From the human T2T-CHM13v2.0 reference genome, Homo sapiens: a stretch of 64,000 bases of DNA. The notes under the pieces were generated by a model. That model saw only the letters and a list, made by a program, of their open reading frames with translations, searched no databases and had not been told where the DNA came from. The position numbers and the translations under genes were made by a program. Of this stretch, positions 15,300-32,755 are shown in pieces (the first letter of the stretch is position 1; every line of letters starts with the position of its first letter). The stretch lies in the NCBI RefSeq assembly GCF_009914755.1, contig NC_060936.1; one strand, written 5' to 3'.

Positions 15300-16320
15300 A
15301 AGATGAATGCCTGTCGTTTGCCTCCTGGTAATGATGCACTAAGAACACAGTATCACTTATGGGATATTCCTGTCAAAAATGTATAGCCTGAATTGAATCA
15401 TGAGGAAACATCTAAAAACCCAAATTGAGAGACATTCTACAAAACAACTGGTCTATTATTTTTTTAAATGATACAGTCATGAAAAATATGAGGAATGTTT
15501 CCACATTAAAGGAGACTAAAGAGTCATAACAACTAAACTCAGTGGTGCTCTTGAATTCAAGAATCCTGGTCTAGAAACTGGACCAGGAAAATGATATCAC
15601 TGGAATATTTAGAGAAATTTGAAGATTTGTGGATTAGATAACACAATCGTATCAGTGTTGATTTCTTGATTTTGATAATTGTTCTATGATTGTGTAAGAA
15701 AATGTCGTTTAGCACCAGGGACTGCTCTCATGGAAGACAATTTTTCCATAGACGTGGCTGGGGTTGGGGTCTGGGGATGGTTTCGGGATGAAACTGTTCC
15801 ACCTCATGTCATCAGGAATTAGATTTTCATAAGGAGCGTTCAACCTAGATCCCTCACATGTGCAGTTCACAATAGGGTTCACACTCATGAGACTGTAATG
15901 CTGCTGCTGATCTGACAGGAGGCGGAGCTCAGGCAGTCATGCTCGCTCACCCGCCACTCACCTTCTGCTGTGCAGCCCAGTTCCCAACAAGCCACGGACT
16001 GGGTACAGGTCTGTGGCAGGAGGGTTGAGGACCCCTGCTTTAGGAAATATACACTGAAATGCCCAATACAATATTTAGAAGTAGTGTCATGTCTTCAACT
16101 TACTCTCAAATGTTTCAGAAAACAATATGTGTGTATAGAGAAAAGTATTCTAGAGAGACACAGGGAGAGAGAGAGACAAACACACACACAGAGACAAAGA
16201 ACATGATAAAGATAGAAAGAAGAATCTGGATGAATTGTATACAGAAATTCTTGATATTTTTTGTAACTTTTTTGTGAGTTTCATATTATTTCAAAATTAA
16301 AAGTATTTAAAAAATTTTTT
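15300..16320 (+). mobile_element. Old L1MC4/5-like 3' region, split by MER1B
   Basis: aaattgagagacattctacaaaacaactgg; aacttactctcaaatgtttcagaaaa; ttatttcaaaattaaaag end. Confidence 0.65.
15712..16037 (+). mobile_element. MER1B hAT-Charlie, left TIR lost
   Basis: gcaccagggac...ggaagacaatttttcca...gggttgaggacccctg. Confidence 0.85.
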
Positions 16321-16327
16321 TAAGTAC

Positions 16328-16433
16328 CATTCCCAGAGATTCTAACTTACTTCCTTTGGGATGGTGCCTGGACATCAGGACTTCAAATTCTCCCCAGCTG
16401 ATTCTTATTTGCAGCCAGGATTGAGAAGCACTG
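16328..16433. mobile_element. MER5A-like fragment
   Basis: cccagagattct...ctccccagctgattctt...gcagccaggattgagaagcactg. Confidence 0.65.
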
Positions 16434-16944
16434 GCCTATACAAACCCTAGTGTCTGGAGATACAGAATTTCTGAGCTACCTATAATGTTTGAAACTAGTT
16501 GGAGTAAAGGGCATTGAGGTTGGAGATTTTTTTTTTATCTCTGCACAGAGCAGTTTAACAGGGTCTTAAATACAGATACCTCAAGGGTCCAGCAAGTAAC
16601 ATAAATGTGTAAAGTAAAGCAGTAGATCACAAGATGACAGCAAACTGTAAGGAGAACTTGTCGATTAAAGTCATTTAGTTCAGATTTTAAAAATATACTA
16701 AACAATCCCAAATTGGCAGGCCTATATGGGAGAGTAGGTCATCACATTGTAACATCTGGACCTTGAAGAACAGAGAACTATGGTCATAATTTGTAGGCAT
16801 AGAAATTAGACAGTACTTAGATTCCTCAGAAAATATTACTATTATGGGCCAGACACTATGTTTAGGTATTAGGTTTATATTAAATTTAAGCAAAGTATAT
16901 GTTTAAAGTAAACTTGGAAATAAGATAATATGCATTTGATAGCT

Positions 16945-17480
16945 GTTTCTGTTAGGCTAACTTTGGCTGGCTGTAACATAAAATGGCAAGTTAAACTGGT
17001 TCAAACAATAAGGTAATTTAACATCTAAGGTGAAGGAAGTCTAGCAGCTTAGCAATGTCCTCAAGATCTGGGTTGTTCCCATCTCCCCATCCATCTTCTT
17101 TACTGTTCGCCATTTGCCCTCCAGCTAGCTCCACTTATAGTCCCAAATCAGCTGCAGGAGCTCTAGGCCTCACATCCAGATGTGGCAACATCCAGGAAAC
17201 AATCTTTTATTGTTTTTATCTCCTAGGAACAAAGAAACCTCTTCCAGAAGCCCCTCAGTAGATTTTCTCTTATGTCCCAATGTCCCAAATTAGGTCACAT
17301 GTTTATTCCTAAGCTAAGCACTGGAAAGAAAACAGGGTTTCCAGCCTGGGCTTAGACTGAACAGAATCTGCCTAGAGAATGGGGTCACCATCCTCTGTAA
17401 CTTGAGGGAGGCAGGATTGATATCACTACAAAACTGAGGTGGAGGCACAATGAGTAATCAAACAGTAGACCTCACCATAC
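16945..17480 (-). mobile_element. Old MaLR LTR (MLT1K-like)
   Basis: gctgcaggagctctaggcctcacatcc; ttccagaagcccctcagtagattt; taggtcacatg. Confidence 0.6.
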
Positions 17481-17599
17481 AAAACTGTTTTTAATCAGAT
17501 GTTTTTGGAAATTAAGCCAAACTTCCACTTACAACAGCAGACTATGTAAACACTCATTCCTACTACAGAGATCTGCAAATTAAGCAATTTAAAATTGAG

Positions 17600-17750
17600 A
17601 GATGTGGAATGTGGTGGGAAAAAGCACAAGACTGACCAAATTTAGCTTTCAATGACCTTGATCAAGTCGCTTAGTTTTTCTGAACCTCATTTTCACCTTA
17701 AAAATATGGATTGGACTGGATGGTTTCTAAGACCACTTTCAACATTAATG
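17600..17750 (+). mobile_element. MIR3-like
   Basis: tgaccttgatcaagtcgctt...ctcatttt...ttggactggatggtttctaag. Confidence 0.55.
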
Positions 17751-18162
17751 GACTGTTAGCCTTCTATCGCTAATAAATACTCTATAAAATAAAGGAGCTA
17801 AAGAACTTGGTATTGTGAGAATACCTCTCAAAGTAAATAGTTCTCAACAATACAGACTTGAAATGAGGGAAAGGTGAATGCTTTAAAATAATAATTAGGA
17901 CTTCTAGTTTTTGGTCCTGCATGTAAGGAGCTTGGACATCATCACTCATCTTGACAAGTAAGAAGCAGAACAAACAGAAAAATGAACAATTTTTACATGT
18001 GTCTTCTTGGTCCATCGGAGAAGTGATGTCCCACGGCAAATACCTGCACCAACAACTAAAGAAACAGACAGATTAATACATAAAATCACAACTTACCAAG
18101 GCAGAAACCACCTCCAGAACCAGTACTGAGGCAGGAAAACCTAAGTTGTAACAGACAAATTA

Positions 18163-18777
<615 letters not shown>

Positions 18778-20545
18778 TTAGATATAAATCTAACTGAATA
18801 TGTCCAAGATTTATATGAAGAGAACATTGATGAAAGAAATGAAAGAACTAAATAAACGGAGAGGTATTACTGTTCTTTGATGGGAAAATTCAATATTGTC
18901 AAAATGGCAGTTCTTTCCAACTTGATCTATAGACACAATGCAATTCCAAAGTTTCAGCATGTTATTTTGTAACTATTGATAAAAAAGATTCTATTTTTTT
19001 GGAGATCTAGAATAGTCAACACAATATTGAAGGAGAAAAACAAAGTTAGAGGACTGATGCTATGCAATGTCAGAAATTACCATGAAGCTATAGCAATCAA
19101 GGCAGTGTGGTGCTGGTGAAAGAATATGCAAATACATCAGAGAAACAGAATAGAGAGCCCAGAGATATGCCGACATAAATATAGTCAGCTAATCTTTGAC
19201 AAAAGAGCAAAGGCAATACAATGGAGCAAAGAGTCTTTTCAACAAATGATGCTGGCACAACTGGATGTTCACATGCATAAAAATGAATCTACACCCAGAT
19301 CTTGCACCCTCACAAAAATGAACTCAAAATGGATCAGAGACATGAAGTAAAATGCAAAATTATAAAACTCCTAGGACATAACATAGGGGAAAATGATGAC
19401 TTGGGTGTGGTGATATCATTTTAGATACAACACCAAGACACAATCTATAAAAGAAAGAATGAATAAACGGGACTTCATTAAACTAAAAACCTTTGCTCTG
19501 TGAAAGACATTGTCAGAAGAATGAAAAGGCAATTCACAATCTGGAAGAAAATATTTGTGAAAGACATATCTGATAAATAACTGCTGTCTGAAATATATAC
19601 AGATCTCTCAAAACTCAATACAATAAAAACAACAAGAAAACAACTCAATTAAAAAGTGGACAAAAGATCTTAACAGACAGCTCACCAAAGAAGATATTCT
19701 GATGGAAAATAAGGACATAAAAAGATATTCCACATCATGTCATTAGGGAAATTCAAATTAAAACAATGAGATGGCAATAAGCATCTGTTAGAATGGCCAG
19801 AGACCCAGAACACTGACAATACAAAGTGCTGGCAAGAATATGAAGCAACAAAAAGTCTCATTCATTGCTGATGGAATGCAAAATGGTACAGCCACTTTGG
19901 AAGATGGCTTGTCAGTTTCTTGTAAGACTAAAGAGACTCTTAACGTACAATCCAACAATCATACTCCTTGATATTTACCCAAATGTGCTGACGACTTGTG
20001 TCCACACAAAAACCTGAATCAAAGATGTTTATAGCTGCTTTATTTGTAATTTCCAGACTTGGAAGCAACCAAGATGTCCTTCAGTAAGTGAATGGATAAG
20101 GAAACTGTGGTTCATTTAGACAATGAAATTTTTTTTTGAACAAAAAAAGAAACGTGCCATCAAGCCATGGAAAGATAGGGAGGAAACTTAAATGCATATT
20201 AGTAAATGAAGTAAGTCAATGAAAAAGCTATGTATTGTATAATTCCAATTATATGACATCCTCAAAAAGACAAAAATATGGAGACATTCAAAAAGGTTCA
20301 GTGGTTGCCAAGAGTTAGGGGGACAGGAGGGATGAATATGCAGAGCACAGAGGATTTTTAAGGCAGTAAAACTACTCTCTATGATGCTACAATGGGGAGT
20401 ACGTATCACATATTTATCAAAACTCATAAAATGTACAACGCCAAGAGCTAAGACTAATATAACTATGGGCTTTGAGAGATAATGATGCTTCAATACAGGT
20501 CATCAATTGTAACAAATGTACCACCCTGGTGGGGGATGTTGATAG

Positions 20546-20958
<413 letters not shown>

Positions 20959-22859
20959 TAAAGTCTGTTTTTAAAAAAGCATAATTAAAGCTAACTCTGT
21001 CAAGCCTTCAGATGTAAATTTTATACGATAAGATAAGAATTTTCCCTCTTTAACTTCAAGCACTATCTGTTACTTTCTTCAGGAATGTTATAACAAATAG
21101 ATTCGTCTGGGAGTTTGATGAGGAATAAAAACTATCTAAAAGTAGGCTTGGTTTTCAATTTACATTTCAACATGTCTACATAAATGTGGGCAGCCTCTCC
21201 AAATTCTTCATTCCCAAGAGAAAATTTCAATTTTTATGACAAGCATATAATTATCTATTTTCTTTCAAAATAATATTTTAGATATTTCCTGTCCTTAAGA
21301 TGTTGCCATTGAACAAATAACAGTTTGAATTCTGATTCCCTAAAACATATGTGAAACTAAATGAGCAAGGCTAGTGCTGACATCTACTGTTAGAATTTGG
21401 GTGTGAATGACTTTACCATGCACAGCCCTTTCCTAAGGAGTTGGGAGTTGTGCAGCAATAGTTGTCGATATGGGGTGACTGACTAGGAGATCATTGCCCA
21501 AAGCTCTATTATCTTGAAAACAGGTGCAAGAGAACCATATAGCACTTTTGAGGTAAATATAATGAAGATTTTGGAAAAAGATCAATTAATGTCAAGAAGT
21601 ATTTCCTATTTTCCAGGAGCCTTCCAAAGACTCTGTCGTCTCTTAACAAACCTCCTACTCTGTTTCTCCTATATTGTTTCTGACCCTGGTGCTTTAAAGA
21701 AAAGATAGATGTGGCTACTGAGTTTCAGTGTTGTCTTTAGGAGAGGGAAAGAGAAAGGAGAACAGAACACTTCCCTGACCCTGGTGTTTCTCCTGCCCTG
21801 GTGCATTGCTCTAGATTATAAATCGGCTGTCTACCTTTTGTTTTAGCTGTCGTTATTCTTCTCTGAAAATATTTTCCACCCCAACCTAGAAAATTGTTAT
21901 TGAATTTTGTCACCATGACTATTTTAAAAGGTGCGCATTGTGTGAGATCTCACATTCCACCTCACAGTTACTTATGTGTCCGCCGAGTAGCTAATACCTA
22001 GGCTGGTGAGAAGAGACTGAGAATATACATTCCAGTCAAATAGAAATGCATTATCCTACCTATGTACAAAGGGAAGCAGGAGTGTGTTGCAATTGTCAGG
22101 ACGGGACTTCTGTAAAAATCGAGACTGGCAATGTCAGACCTGATGTTTGTTCATCATTGTTGTCAACCTAGCACAAGATCACACAGTCCTAAGAGGAGGA
22201 ACCAGAAGACTTGGAAGCTTTGATGTGGATAATCAACCCCCACAGAACATACAAGCCGACGGCTCTATGGTGTCTTCTGGTCTTGCTCTTGCATTATTGC
22301 CCTTAGTTTTATACTTTCTTATCTGATAGATACACACTTCTTAAGAACATTATGCTTGTTGCTAAGAACTATGAAGGAGTCTGCCTCAACGTGAAGAACA
22401 CAAAGAAACCTTCTATATTTTTGTCCTGTTGTTCATTTGTTTTCAAGACAACTCCAGTAGGTTCATTTTTTAAAAAAACTACTTTTTTAGTTCTTATATT
22501 TTTAGAGTAAGTTATTTGAATATTTAAAATGGAATTCGTTTTTTAAAAGATTATTGGTAGAAGTCAACATTCTTCATGGAAGATCTAAACAAGCTTAAAG
22601 GATTTGTGTTCTTTGGAGTCAAATCATAAAAATACTTCTTTTATTCATACAGATATCATCAAAGCACTTCTGCACAACTGCCTTTATTAAGCTGGCATTT
22701 TGGAACCAGCAATGTGCTGTAAATCTTTGTAAAGATCTTTTTCATAGAAGACCAGTTTATGTTCATTGAAAAAAAAAACTCTACAGAACATTACTGAAGA
22801 TTGTGCATAGTGAGTTGATCAGCTCTTTCCACTCCAGTGACGCTGTTCCACATGGAAGC

Positions 22860-23086
22860 CAGGGCAGTACAGGGTTAAAAACATGCATGCTGGCATCAGA
22901 GTGCCTGGGTTCAAAGCCCTGCTCTACCAATCATCCACAGGATGAGTCTTTGGGTAATTTACTTCAGTCTCAGTGACACAGTTTTTTCATCTCTAAAATG
23001 GGATAATAAGTTAACATATGTTAAGTATTTAATGCTATTCCTGGCACTTCGCAAGTTCTCAATTAATATAAGCTATCATTATCATT
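22860..23086 (+). mobile_element. MIR (near full length)
   Basis: cctgggttcaaagccctgctctacca...cagttttttcatctctaaaatgggataata...tatcattatcatt. Confidence 0.85.
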
Positions 23087-24039
23087 AAATGTAACAAGTT
23101 ACCAATCATACTCTATTTTGTTATAAAAGAAGCATCCCAAATCACTGGCTTGTCTTTGTCATTTAATTGTAAATTAAGAAGTGTTAGGTTTAGAAAATAT
23201 TGATTGGCTGATAGAACCTCCTTATGTAAAAGATATTAATATTCCCCAAAATTTCTCTAGGGAAGATATTTTTAATACAACTGTGATTTGTAAAAAAAAC
23301 ATATTTTTTCAACTTTTGTTGTCTCAGTTCTGTTTTTGTTTGTTTTCTTTTGTTTTTCTATTGCTTTCCTTTAGTATTTCAGTCTGTTTTGTGCCCCCCA
23401 CATTCCTCTTATTTAAAGTATCCTAGGCTTTCATCTTGTTTTATGACAGCTCAGGCAGGGCCCTGACTCCCGGCTTATTAAGCATGGTCTCCTCTAGGCC
23501 TTGCAGTGAAGAGAGATCTCAACAGGGCAGTGTGCATTTTTGTTGAGTGTGTGCAGAAAGGGAACACAGAATTATTTGACCATTATAGTGGTCTCTTTCC
23601 TGGTGAGGAGTAGGAAAGGGAAGAGGAGTGAAGTCAATTGACATTAGAAAGAATATATGCAAACACCTCAACACTGTCTCCTTCTCCAGCCCCTCTACCT
23701 CTGACAGTTTTTCCATTATTTACCTGGTGTTCACCTGGGACCTGAGCTGAGCACCTACATTTTCTGTGTTCTGTGTTTAAGGCACATATTTAGTTTATTG
23801 ATTTAACCATTTCTCTTTGTTAAAGTGTGGGTAAGTGCATTTTAACTAACTCCAGAATAAAATTAAGATAAACATGTGCACCCTTCCCTTCCACTTCCCA
23901 GTAATTCTTTGTGACCACTGAAAATGGGACTATAGCTTTTCTCTACTTTCCTGCCCAGGCCACTGCCCCAGCCTTTCTTTTCTGAGTCCTCCACTTGTTC
24001 TACTACATATTGTTCTCTCCTGTCTTTCTGTCTCTCTTG

Positions 24040-25453
24040 TTTTAAATACTTAATTTTTTTAGAGCAGTTTTAGATTCACAGCAATATTAAGGGGAAGGCA
24101 GAGATTTCCCATGCACACCCACCCGAAACATGCAAAGCTCCTCCTATTATCACATCCCCTACCAGAGTGGTACCTTTACTACAAATCTACATTAGCATGT
24201 TATTATCACAGTTTACATCAATCTTCATGCTTGGTGTAATTCTACAGGTTTCAAAAAATGTAAATGACAGAAATCCACCATCACAGTGCCATACAGAGTA
24301 TTTTCATTGTCCTAAAAATTTTCTATGTTCCGCCAAATCATCTCTCTCCTCCTTCAAATCCTGTCAACCGCTGATCTTTTTACTATCTCCATAGTTTTGC
24401 CTTTTCCAGAATGTCATATAGTTAGAATTATACAGTATGTAACTTTCAGATTGAGTTCTTTAACTCAGAAATATGCTCTAAGGCTCCTCCATGTCTTTCT
24501 GTGGCTTGATAGCACATTTCCTGTTAGTGCTAAATAAAATTACATTGGCTGAATGCATTATAGTTTACTCTTTCATTTCGCTACTAAAGTACGTCTTGGT
24601 TGCTTCCAAGTCTGACAATTATGAATAAAGCTGCTATAAAGGAAGCTGCTCTTCCTTTCTTTATGTATATTCAAATTTCTGACATATTTTCCTTCTTTCC
24701 AATGTATTTTAAACATTTTCAAATGTTTTTATTTATTTAATATTTATTTATTACAAATAAATGTAAATATTATCTATCATTTATGTATGCATTATTACAT
24801 ATTATATTTAAATAAATATAAACATATTTGTTATATTAATCTTACAAATAAATATAAACATATTTGTTATATTTATCTTACAAATAAATATAAACATATT
24901 TGTTATATTTGTTATATCTTACAAATAAATATAAATATTGTCTTTACTTAATATTCATTAAATACTTTAAATATTTCACTTCACTCTCTTCTTATTTGCA
25001 AGGACAAAGTTGGCTATATTTCTTGTCTTTTATCCTCTATAGGTAAAGTATTTTTTTTCCTCTTGCTTCTTTCAGGATTTTTTTTAACCTTTGAATTTTT
25101 TGCAGTTTGAATATGACATGCCTCATTGTTGAGTTTTTTGTTTGTTTGTTTGTTTGTGGCATTTACCCTGCTTGGTGTTCTCTGAGTTTCCTCAATCTGT
25201 GGTTTGGTGTCTGACATTAATTTGGAAAAATCTCAGTCATTATTACTTGAATATTTCTTCCATTCCTTTCTCTCTTTTTCTCTTTCTGGTATTCCCATTA
25301 TGCATATGTTACCCCTTTTATAGTTGTCCCACAGTTCTTGAATATTCTCTGCTGTTCTTTTTTTTCATTCTTTGTTCTCTTTGCTGTTTAGTTGTTCTTT
25401 GGATGGAATGGTGACTTCTAAGCTCCTTACATGCCGAGCCAAAACCAGAAGTC
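24040..25453 (-). mobile_element. L1MC1/2-like element: 5' terminus, ORF1 piece and 3' end with two internal deletions
   Basis: 3' end 24040-24640; ORF1-like 25014..25217 (MSDTKPQIEETQRTPSR); 5' terminus homologous to the one at 17899. Confidence 0.75.
24810..24935. repeat. 36-bp AT-rich minisatellite (~3.4 copies)
   Basis: aaataaatataaacatatttgttatatt(a/t)atcttac units starting at 24810, 24846, 24882 and 24923. Confidence 0.9.
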
Positions 25454-26354
25454 TTGTTTCTTTCTTGACTCTTCAACAAAGCTCCTTTATATTGAGTGCA
25501 CACTGGATTTTTTGGAGTGCTGAGTCACACCTGGCGTTTTTGTTTTAAAAAATCACAAATGAATTTACTCAGCTTGTGGTGGTTTGTACAGGCTTGATTT
25601 GATATTTGACTCTTGAGCAGCTTCATGCCCTTCAATGAAGTGAAAAAGAAAAGATTAACCAGGAAGAGAGTTTCATGTCATGTTGCCAGTCACTGTCAAT
25701 GACCCCACTCAATAGTGTGGGACTTCTAACATCCTGGGTGGCTCAGGACAAAGTCCAGGACAATCCCTTGCACTAAAGTGCCCTCTGCATTTCTGGTGTG
25801 CCTATATTCTTCCAATGATCAACGGGCCCAGATTATTCCTTCGTTTTAAAACATATCTCCTATAGGCATACTCAACTTAACCTGAAACCAAACATTCATT
25901 TGAAAACCAAAAGATTCCACTATTTTTTTTTCTGTACAAAATAGAGTGACTTGCAACATTTTCTTAGTAAAATTTTTCTCTCGAGTTAGTTGTCTGTTGC
26001 AAAAACCCAGGTGAGATGTCATTAATAGCTAAAGGTTTCTTCAGAAAATGCTGCCACCCTAATTATCAACTGCCTTAAAAATATGTATGTGCTTTGGACC
26101 AGCATTTTTATATCTAGTAATTGACCAAAAGGAAATTTTAATCCTAAGGAAACAGATATTTAGCTGAAAATGTTTACCATAGTGCTGTTTATTGAAAACA
26201 GTCCAAATGCTAAATGTAGAAAATGGTTAAATATTCTATGGTACCTTTATACACAGAAATTCTATGCCATCATTAAAAATGATGTTGTAAAATAACATTT
26301 ATTTACCTGAAAATATATCATGAGAAATTGTTAAGTGCAAGGATATAAACACCT

Positions 26355-28664
<2,310 letters not shown>

Positions 28665-30216
28665 AAACACCCGTATGGAGTATGTACAATATGCTCCCGT
28701 CTTTGGAAAGTATATACATATATGCCTAGAAAAACATCCAGAAACCTATTAGACAAATGTCAACTGTGGTTAATTATTGGGTGGTGAAATTGAGTTTTAA
28801 TTTTCTTGTAATTTTTAATTTATGTTTATTTTACAATAAATGAACAGTAATTACAAATCTTTAAAGACTTTTGGAAGACCTTTTGGAAAAAAATTATTGC
28901 TGCTCTTGTGAGAACCACTGATAGATATTGTTTCAGTCCTTCTGCTCTGAGAAGTATGCAAGCTATGGTCATAGAAACTCTGTGGGCTACGAAAAAGTGC
29001 ACATGAAGGTTATTCAAAGGGCTGGAGTTTATAAGGCACCAGCATAACCTTGCCACAAACAGGTTTACGCTTATGAAACAAATCTATCTAGGTGGATTCA
29101 TCTTTTACTAAATATTTCCCTGTTGACACAGCTTTACTCGCCAATGTTTAATTGCTTTGTATAATTTGTATTAAGCACTATAACATTATGCTACACAGTA
29201 CTTCAACCCATAACAAGACTTGAACCTGCAATAATGTCATTCCCAAGGAAGATGACCCAGGATTTTTGTATAGGTACCTCCACAGAGCATGGTGGTTAAG
29301 GAGGTTCTGTCATAGGCTCTGAGCCTGTGTAGAAATTAGCAGGCAAACCCTAGGTCATGATGGAAGTATGCATCCAGCAGAATGGAGAAGGGTCATTATG
29401 GCCTTCAACTGCAGACATTAACAAGTGTGTCCTAACCTGCTTCATTCCCGGCATGTGGGAACAGAACCTTGAAGATCTGGATTCAAGTCAAGCTTCTTGA
29501 ATGTTAAATATGTAAACATGTAAAAATCTGGAATCCTTTATAGATTATTACATTTTAAAGCTGATCGTTTACATATAGAGCATTAAATTAAATAGGCACA
29601 CTCTTTATATATAAACAAACAAACTCTCTAGTGATTTATTTTCTCACCATGGAATTTCAATTTCTGATGGATTTTGATGCACATATTGCATCATTTATAT
29701 AAAAATTTCATTTGAAGGTGCCCATAAAATTTAAGCTGCAGGTGAACTATCAAGAGAATACGTGAAAGTCATTTACAAAATTAGAACGAGCCCAAGACAG
29801 GATGGAAAAACCCAAGCTTCTATAGATATTTTCCAGAATTTTTAGGGTTCAGGATGATCATGTTTAATTCCCAAAGCCGCAATTCCTAGCAGCATAGGAG
29901 CTCTCAAATATGCAGAAGGAAATGATTCAGAACTGAAAGAGGATAAGTCATCCAATGAATGGTAAGAATTAAGCCTAATGTCAGTAGGTGGCATGCATGC
30001 CTTCAATTATTTGACATACAGTTACTGAGCACCTGCTCAGTAAATCATAGGGCCCAAAGATAATTTCCTGGAGGAATGTGTGACTCAAGGCTATTTGGTC
30101 TGCCTGTGTCCTTCCTCTGTAGCTCATAAGCACTCTACATGTGCAAAGTCAAGTTTAAATGAAAGTCAAGGGGAACAGTGAGAAAAGAAGCGAGAAAGGT
30201 GCAGCATCGTGTGAGA

Positions 30217-30240
30217 GTGTGTGTGTGTGTGTGTGTGTGT
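30217..30240. repeat. (GT)n microsatellite
   Basis: Direct read. Confidence 0.9.
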
Positions 30241-32755
30241 TTGTAATGGAGTGAGAGGTGCCAGAAAAATTTAGCTTTCCCTTCTTTCCAGGTCTCTTTG
30301 CTTCAGGAGCTGGGGAAGTGTTGCAGTCATCTCCTTTTCCCTTTTTAGCTCTTCTTCAGTCCCCATGCCTTCAAATAACCTCTGGAGCTTGGAATAATTT
30401 ATCTGATTAACTGTTCTCAGGATAACCGTGTGGGCATAAGAGGAAAGCAGGTTACTGATGCTACTGTGGCCTCCTAGCAACTGACACAATCAATGCTCTT
30501 TGGTTTGGGATGTTAGGCTGCAACCGTCCTTAGGGAGCTGTATATTTTCCATATGTGTTGAGAAGTATAGCAAAGTCTAAGAGAATTAAATGAGAGAATT
30601 TGGTTACCCTACTTTCTGGCTTGCTAAGGGTTAACTTTCTAAATTCCAAAATCCTTTTTGTGTCTCCTGTCATTAAAATTATAAAATAATTCATTTCATT
30701 TTTTGTCTTAGCAAATAGAGCATTTTGACAATAACATAGGATGTTGTGACTGATTAACATGATGCACACTGTAAAGAACTAAAGATATCAAAGGATGTTG
30801 ACATTAAACGCACCTTATAAGTTGTTATGATTTTTCACTTGTAATTTTTTCCATAACATTAGACTATTGACTATGAAAGACAAAAATCTGATCACTTGAA
30901 GATTGTTATTTTTTAGATTATGATTATTCTAGACTTACTGCACTGTTAATGAACCTTTAGTAAATTTGATGCATAAGTGTTTCCTGGAGTACAAAAAATA
31001 AATGATTCTTTGATAAAGAAAGACTCAAAATGTTTTTCCTCATTTTTCCAGTCAAATTTTTTTTTTTAGTTCAGATCTTTGAAAAATATCCCACAAGTTA
31101 TAAAGATTAATAAAACTGGACAAATATAAAAGTCTCATGATTGAAGTGACATTTTCACATAAATTTCATTAAAGGAACCATTAGGCTAAAGTGTTTTTAT
31201 GTGTATTAAACTGTGCTATGTAAACTACCAGGGACTTTTTTTTTAAGCAGCCTAAATAAAAGAGAAATGGGTCAAGAAGAAGCTAATTAAGTAATTTATT
31301 GAAGGCTCAAGTATAAACAAGACAACAATCCAAGATTCTTATTTTGCAGATGGTATTTTTCACTGCTTCCTTCACCTCTTGGATGCTTCATATTTCACAT
31401 TATTTTAAGAACAATTCACTCCCAGAGGATCATGGATGTACAGTCAGTTTGGTCTTGCTGAGTCAACGTGTGCACGTGTTCTCACAAATCTCCAGGCAAC
31501 ATTCACTGACAAGGCAGGGGGAGCTGTGCTCAGCATTTTCTTCAAATTGCTGTCTGAACAGTGGTGTGAAAATGATGTTCACTGTTGTTTGTTTCACCCA
31601 TTCTCAGTACTGAGAGTTGTCAAAATTACTATTTCTGAGTACAGCATGTGTTCTAATTAAAGATAAAGTGTCTTTAAGACTCAGGTAGGTGTTTCATTAA
31701 ATGTGATATATGCAGCAATGTATAAAGTATATCATTTATTCACCTTGAGATGCTATTAGGAATGTGCATTTGTGTGATGTCTAACTGATATCATATGGTG
31801 CACTAACACAGGGCTTTTCTATTTAAGAACCATTTCACTATGGGTTTGGGGAAAGTTATATATCTCAGGAAGTATTTAGCTTCCAATAGCTTTTCCTCTC
31901 TTTTTTAAGTGCAGTAATATATCTTTAAAACATATATGTATATGTATGCATGTATGTGTGTATATATACAGTAAATATATATACACACTATATGTATACT
32001 GAAATGTTATGCAGCACATAACATTTAAATATAGATACACACACACAGAGTAATGTGCTGTATAACATTTCAGTCAACAACAAACCACATGTGTGACATT
32101 CGTTCCATTTTAATGGAGCTGAAAAATGCCTGTTGTCTAGTGACATCGTAGCCATCGTAATGTAGCATGATGCATTACTCACTTATTTGTGGTCATGCTG
32201 GTGTAAACAAACCTACTGCGCTTCCAGTCGTATAAAAGTATAGCACATACAATTATGTACAGTATATGATACTCAATAATGATGATAAACAACACAACTA
32301 TACTAGTGGTTTATGTATTTACTATACAGCTCCTCTTCAGTCCCCACCCCTTCAAATAACCTCTGGGGCTTGGAATGATTTATCTGATTAGTTGTTCTCA
32401 CAATAACCATGTTAAGCTATATGTTGAACTATACTTTTTAACATTATTTTAGAGTTTACTCCCTCTACTCATGAAAAAAAGTTAACTGTAAAACAGCCTC
32501 AGGCAGGTCCTTCAGGAGGTGTTCCCGAAGGCATTGTAGAAGATGATAGCTTCATGTGTATTATTGCCCCAAAGACCTTCCAGTGAGGCAAGATGTGGAG
32601 GTAGAAGACAATGATATTGATGATCCTGACTTTGTATATGCCTAGACTGATGTGTATGTTTGCATCTTAGTTCTTAGCCAAAAAAAAAAGAAAAAAAAGG
32701 TTTAAAAAAATTTTAAGAAGAATAAAAAAAAGACATTTTAAAAATATAAAGCAGC

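Noticed and set aside
21941-21954. 14-bp palindrome tgtgagatctcaca
   Set aside because: Several palindromes of this length are expected by chance in 64 kb
21700-22460. Unique non-repeat block as a possible exon or pseudogene (also 7540-8210)
   Set aside because: No ORF or recognisable homology; needs BLAST and RNA-seq
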